A stretch of 64,000 bases of DNA. It comes from Methanoregula sp. Lineage in GTDB: Archaea; Halobacteriota; Methanomicrobia; Methanomicrobiales; Methanospirillaceae. The notes below the pieces were generated by a model. The model saw nothing but the letters and a program-made list of their open reading frames with translations, ran no database searches and was not told where the DNA came from. Numbering within the stretch: position 1 is the first letter of the stretch; each line of letters opens with the position of its first letter. Shown here one piece after another: positions 61,117 to 64,000 of this stretch. The DNA is taken from positions 1-64,000 of the forward strand of contig JBDKTL010000016.1 of assembly GCA_039698055.1 (NCBI GenBank), written 5' to 3'. Made by a program: the position numbers and the translations under genes.

Positions 61117-61305
61117 GAAAAACTACCAGAACCCTGTATGTTTTTATGAGCGTTCTTTTTCTCATAATTGGGTGCGGACACATATATAATCAAAGACTGG
61201 CCGCACACCTGTATCGTTCCCTTGACGACAAGCGGGCGATCTGCGTAATCCTTATGGCTTTATGGATACAGAAAATGATACTGCATTTCCCCGTGGTGCC
61301 TGACT

Positions 61306-61791
61306 ATGATTCGTTCCCATGATATCATTCCCCCTGCTCTTCCCTTCATACGGCGGGTCACCCTTGCAGATATCCCTGCCATCGTTGCGATCGAAAATGA
61401 GGCGTTTGCTGACCCGTGGGACCATGCAATTTTCACCGAGGCTTTGAGCTATTACCCGACAACGTACTTTGTTGCTGTCCGCGATGGGAACATTGCCGGG
61501 TTTGTTGTCGGTGCCATAGAAGATACCGGGGAAAATATCTATGGGCATATCTGCAACTTTGCTGTCCACCCACAGTACCGCAAGCAGAAGATCGGATCAT
61601 CCCTGCTCCACCGCCTCGAGCAGCAGTTCATGATCGAACGCGCTACCGGCTCTCAGCTGGAAGTGCGTGAATCCAATCTTGCCGCCCAGCGGTTCTATAG
61701 GTGCAAGGGCTACCAGAATGTCTTCCAGGTAGGGGGCTACTACGCAAATGGCGAAGATGCCCTTGTCATGATGAAGTGGTTCCGGTTTTAA
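61306..61791 (+). CDS. rimI: RimI-like N-acetyltransferase
   Basis: AVHPQYRKQKIG, LEVRESN, YYANGEDALVM. Confidence 0.88.
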   Translation: MIRSHDIIPPALPFIRRVTLADIPAIVAIENEAFADPWDHAIFTEALSYYPTTYFVAVRDGNIAGFVVGAIEDTGENIYGHICNFAVHPQYRKQKIGSSLLHRLEQQFMIERATGSQLEVRESNLAAQRFYRCKGYQNVFQVGGYYANGEDALVMMKWFRF

Positions 61792-62024
61792 GAACCGGTA
61801 TCCCCTTTCATGGACCCGGAAAAGAAAAGATTTAATGAACACTTCCCTGCCACGTGGGTGAGCCTGCAGGCAACAAGAAATATTCCCGCTTTTACCCGTT
61901 TCGAATTTTTTTCGGGCACAAATTGTACGAAAAGAGCGCCAGTGTCTTAAAAAGTGTTCAACAGGGATTACGTTGCCGGGGCGTCCTGTTACCAAGTGTA
62001 CGATGCCCCCTATTTAAAAAGAAA

Positions 62025-63302
62025 TTATCCCCTCCCGAGCTGCTGGTGGGCGCGGGCAAGGTGCTGGGCGGCAAGTGCGCCAAGAAGAGATAATTCACCT
62101 GCGAGCACTGCTGAAGCAATAATCTCAGCAAGTTTTTTGGCGTTCGTGCCTGCGGGATTTCCTCCACCGGCAACCCCGAGGATTTTCAGGCAATCCTGCT
62201 GGGTTCCGATACCTGTGCCGCCGCCAACGGTTCCAACGGGCAGCGAAGGCAGGGTGATGGAGACGTATACTCCGGTATCCGTGGGATCGACTGTCGTGAT
62301 ACAGGTGGCGCCATCAATTGCATGGGCCGGGTCCTGCCCGCAGGCGATGAACATCGCCGCAACGACATTTGCTGCATGGGCATTGAACCCCATAGAACCG
62401 GCACGGGCGGAACCGATGAGGTTCTTGCGGGTGTTGACTTCGCAGAGCGTCGCGGCGTCGGTCTTTAAGATTTTTTCAATCAGTTCGTGGGAGAGCGCGA
62501 CGCCGGCTACCGCGCTGCGCCCCCTCCCCATAATCCCATTAATGGCAGCGGGTTTCTTGTCGGTGCACATATTGCCTGAGAGTGCAATGAGCCGCGCCCG
62601 GGTCTGGTGCGCGATCTCATCTGCGACTTTGGCGCTTGCGATAGTGACCATGTTCATGCCCATCGCGTCTTTTGTGTCAAATTCGAGCCTGACAAAAACG
62701 CTCGTGCCGGTGATGAAAGTGACAATGTCGGTGAGTTTTCCATGTGAAGTGGTAGCCTGTGCGATGCCGGTAAGTTCTGCCCGGTGTGCCTGTACCCAGT
62801 CCACGATCTCTTTTGCATGGATGACATTCTCTGCTGCAAAGACCGGGGCCCGGGTCATGCCATCATGGAGGATGCGGACCTGTGCGCCACCGGCTTTGGT
62901 GATGGCACTGCACCCCCGGTTTACGGAAGCAATCAGCGCGCCTTCAGTGGTAGCAAGCGGCAGCCAGAACGAGCCGTTTGCATATTCGCCGGTGATTGCG
63001 ATGGGCCCGGCAACGCCCAACGGTACCTGAATGGTGCCGATCATGTTCTCGCAGTTCCGCACAACAACCCGGTCAATGTCGATAGAGAAAATTCCGATAT
63101 TTTCAAGCGCGGTCCCGGTTTCCTGTTCGATAAAACGGCGCCGTACCCGGACGGCGTCCAGAGGTGCGAGTTCCTTGTCGAGCTCGTAGAGTTTTATCGA
63201 GCCGTTTTTGAGTTTTTCGCACATCTGCTCTTCGTGTTCCCTGCCGGCGCCTGATTCTGCACAGCAGTCGCGCCCCTTGCGGTGCTCACCATCATCAGCC
63301 AT
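62025..63302 (-). CDS. hmgA: HMG-CoA reductase (NADPH, class I)
   Basis: CENMIG, PLATTEGALIAS, DAMGMNM, GQDPAH, VGTVGGGT, ELSLLGAL; start trimmed to MADDG. Confidence 0.95.
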   Translation of the reverse strand: MADDGEHRKGRDCCAESGAGREHEEQMCEKLKNGSIKLYELDKELAPLDAVRVRRRFIEQETGTALENIGIFSIDIDRVVVRNCENMIGTIQVPLGVAGPIAITGEYANGSFWLPLATTEGALIASVNRGCSAITKAGGAQVRILHDGMTRAPVFAAENVIHAKEIVDWVQAHRAELTGIAQATTSHGKLTDIVTFITGTSVFVRLEFDTKDAMGMNMVTIASAKVADEIAHQTRARLIALSGNMCTDKKPAAINGIMGRGRSAVAGVALSHELIEKILKTDAATLCEVNTRKNLIGSARAGSMGFNAHAANVVAAMFIACGQDPAHAIDGATCITTVDPTDTGVYVSITLPSLPVGTVGGGTGIGTQQDCLKILGVAGGGNPAGTNAKKLAEIIASAVLAGELSLLGALAAQHLARAHQQLGRG

Positions 63303-63348
63303 GAATAATGGTAGCACGTATAAATTTATGATACCGGTGGTTTCGAAG

Positions 63349-64000
63349 ATGACGGTTGAACAGTGGGGCATACGGGTACCGCTTGGAGAGGGAGAACCTG
63401 TACGGCAGGCGCTTATTCGTGAAGGGGCGCTTGACCCGGCTCTCAAACCCTGTAAGGATGGCGGTGCGCTCCTGTTGCCCGTGCTTGCGTGGCGGGAGGG
63501 GGCCATAATGTGCGGGTTCGAACCCTTGCCTGACCGGCCGGAGCTCCCGCGCCACGAATTGGTGGGGGGCATTGCGATCATGCAGGACTGCGATGTGGCC
63601 GGTGCGGCACAGGTGCTTGCGTCACGCCCGTCGCTTCATACCGTTCTGTATGCGACAAGTGAAGTATCGGGCGAGTACCGGACCCGGGACTACAAGGTTC
63701 TCGCCGGCACGCTTACCACGCGGACGCAGGTTACTGAGCACGGGCACCGGTTCACAGTCGATCTTGCCGGTGCGTATTTCTCCGCCCGTCTCTCCACCGA
63801 GCGCAACCGGATCCTTCAGCAAATGGGTAAAAACGAACTCGTGCTGGATATGTTTGCTGGTGTGGGGCCGTTTGCCATCTCCCTTGCAGCGCGTGCGGCG
63901 CTCGTTGTGGCATCCGATATCAACCCGCTGGCGATAGAACTGATGATGGAAAACTGCGTGCAGAACCGGTCAAAAAATGTGCTGCCCGTTCTTGCAGATG
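63349..64000 (+). CDS. Trm5/Met-10+ family tRNA methyltransferase (partial)
   Basis: VSGEYRTR, EHGHRFTVDL, YFSARLSTER, VLDMFAGVGPF, SDINP; runs off the window end. Confidence 0.85.
   Translation, partial: MTVEQWGIRVPLGEGEPVRQALIREGALDPALKPCKDGGALLLPVLAWREGAIMCGFEPLPDRPELPRHELVGGIAIMQDCDVAGAAQVLASRPSLHTVLYATSEVSGEYRTRDYKVLAGTLTTRTQVTEHGHRFTVDLAGAYFSARLSTERNRILQQMGKNELVLDMFAGVGPFAISLAARAALVVASDINPLAIELMMENCVQNRSKNVLPVLAD

Noticed and set aside
61954-63030. 358-aa plus-strand ORF
   Set aside because: Antisense shadow of hmgA
63303-63581. N-terminal extension of hmgA in the ORF track
   Set aside because: Overlaps the divergent trm5-like gene; no HMGR similarity

Overview
This is chromosomal DNA from a methanogenic archaeon; gene content resembles Methanomicrobiales (Methanoregula-like). 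Core genes occupy about 1-21.9 kb: hps-rraA fusion, two phenylacetate-CoA/F390-type ligases, a solo cas1, a phosphohexomutase, mobB, xerA with a dif-like site, an MscS cluster, a dead IS5 copy and tRNA-Gln. Core genes resume at about 54.6-64 kb: aIF1A, a pilin-like cluster, hisG, rimI, hmgA and trm5. Between them is an accessory island of about 32 kb that starts right after tRNA-Gln(TTG). It carries a tyrosine integrase, a primase-helicase-like replication protein, a phage-type adenine MTase, metabolic and transport cargo, a Schlafen-AlbA protein and an ardC module. Two things stand out. (1) An AT-rich, tightly coupled five-gene operon (SIS-HAD, PRTase, P-loop ATPase, Rossmann/CARF-like protein, PfkB kinase; 41539-48718) that looks like a nucleotide- or sugar-phosphate-based conflict/defence system. 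(2) Two diverged, hairpin-rich non-coding elements of about 580 bp in inverted orientation (50741-51312 and 53207-53792) that bracket the ardC operon. They show covarying stems and GCGNAGC DNA mini-hairpins, which suggests single-strand priming or promoter signals. The aIF1A gene appears to start at CTG. All family assignments come from motif recognition by eye; no database searches were run.
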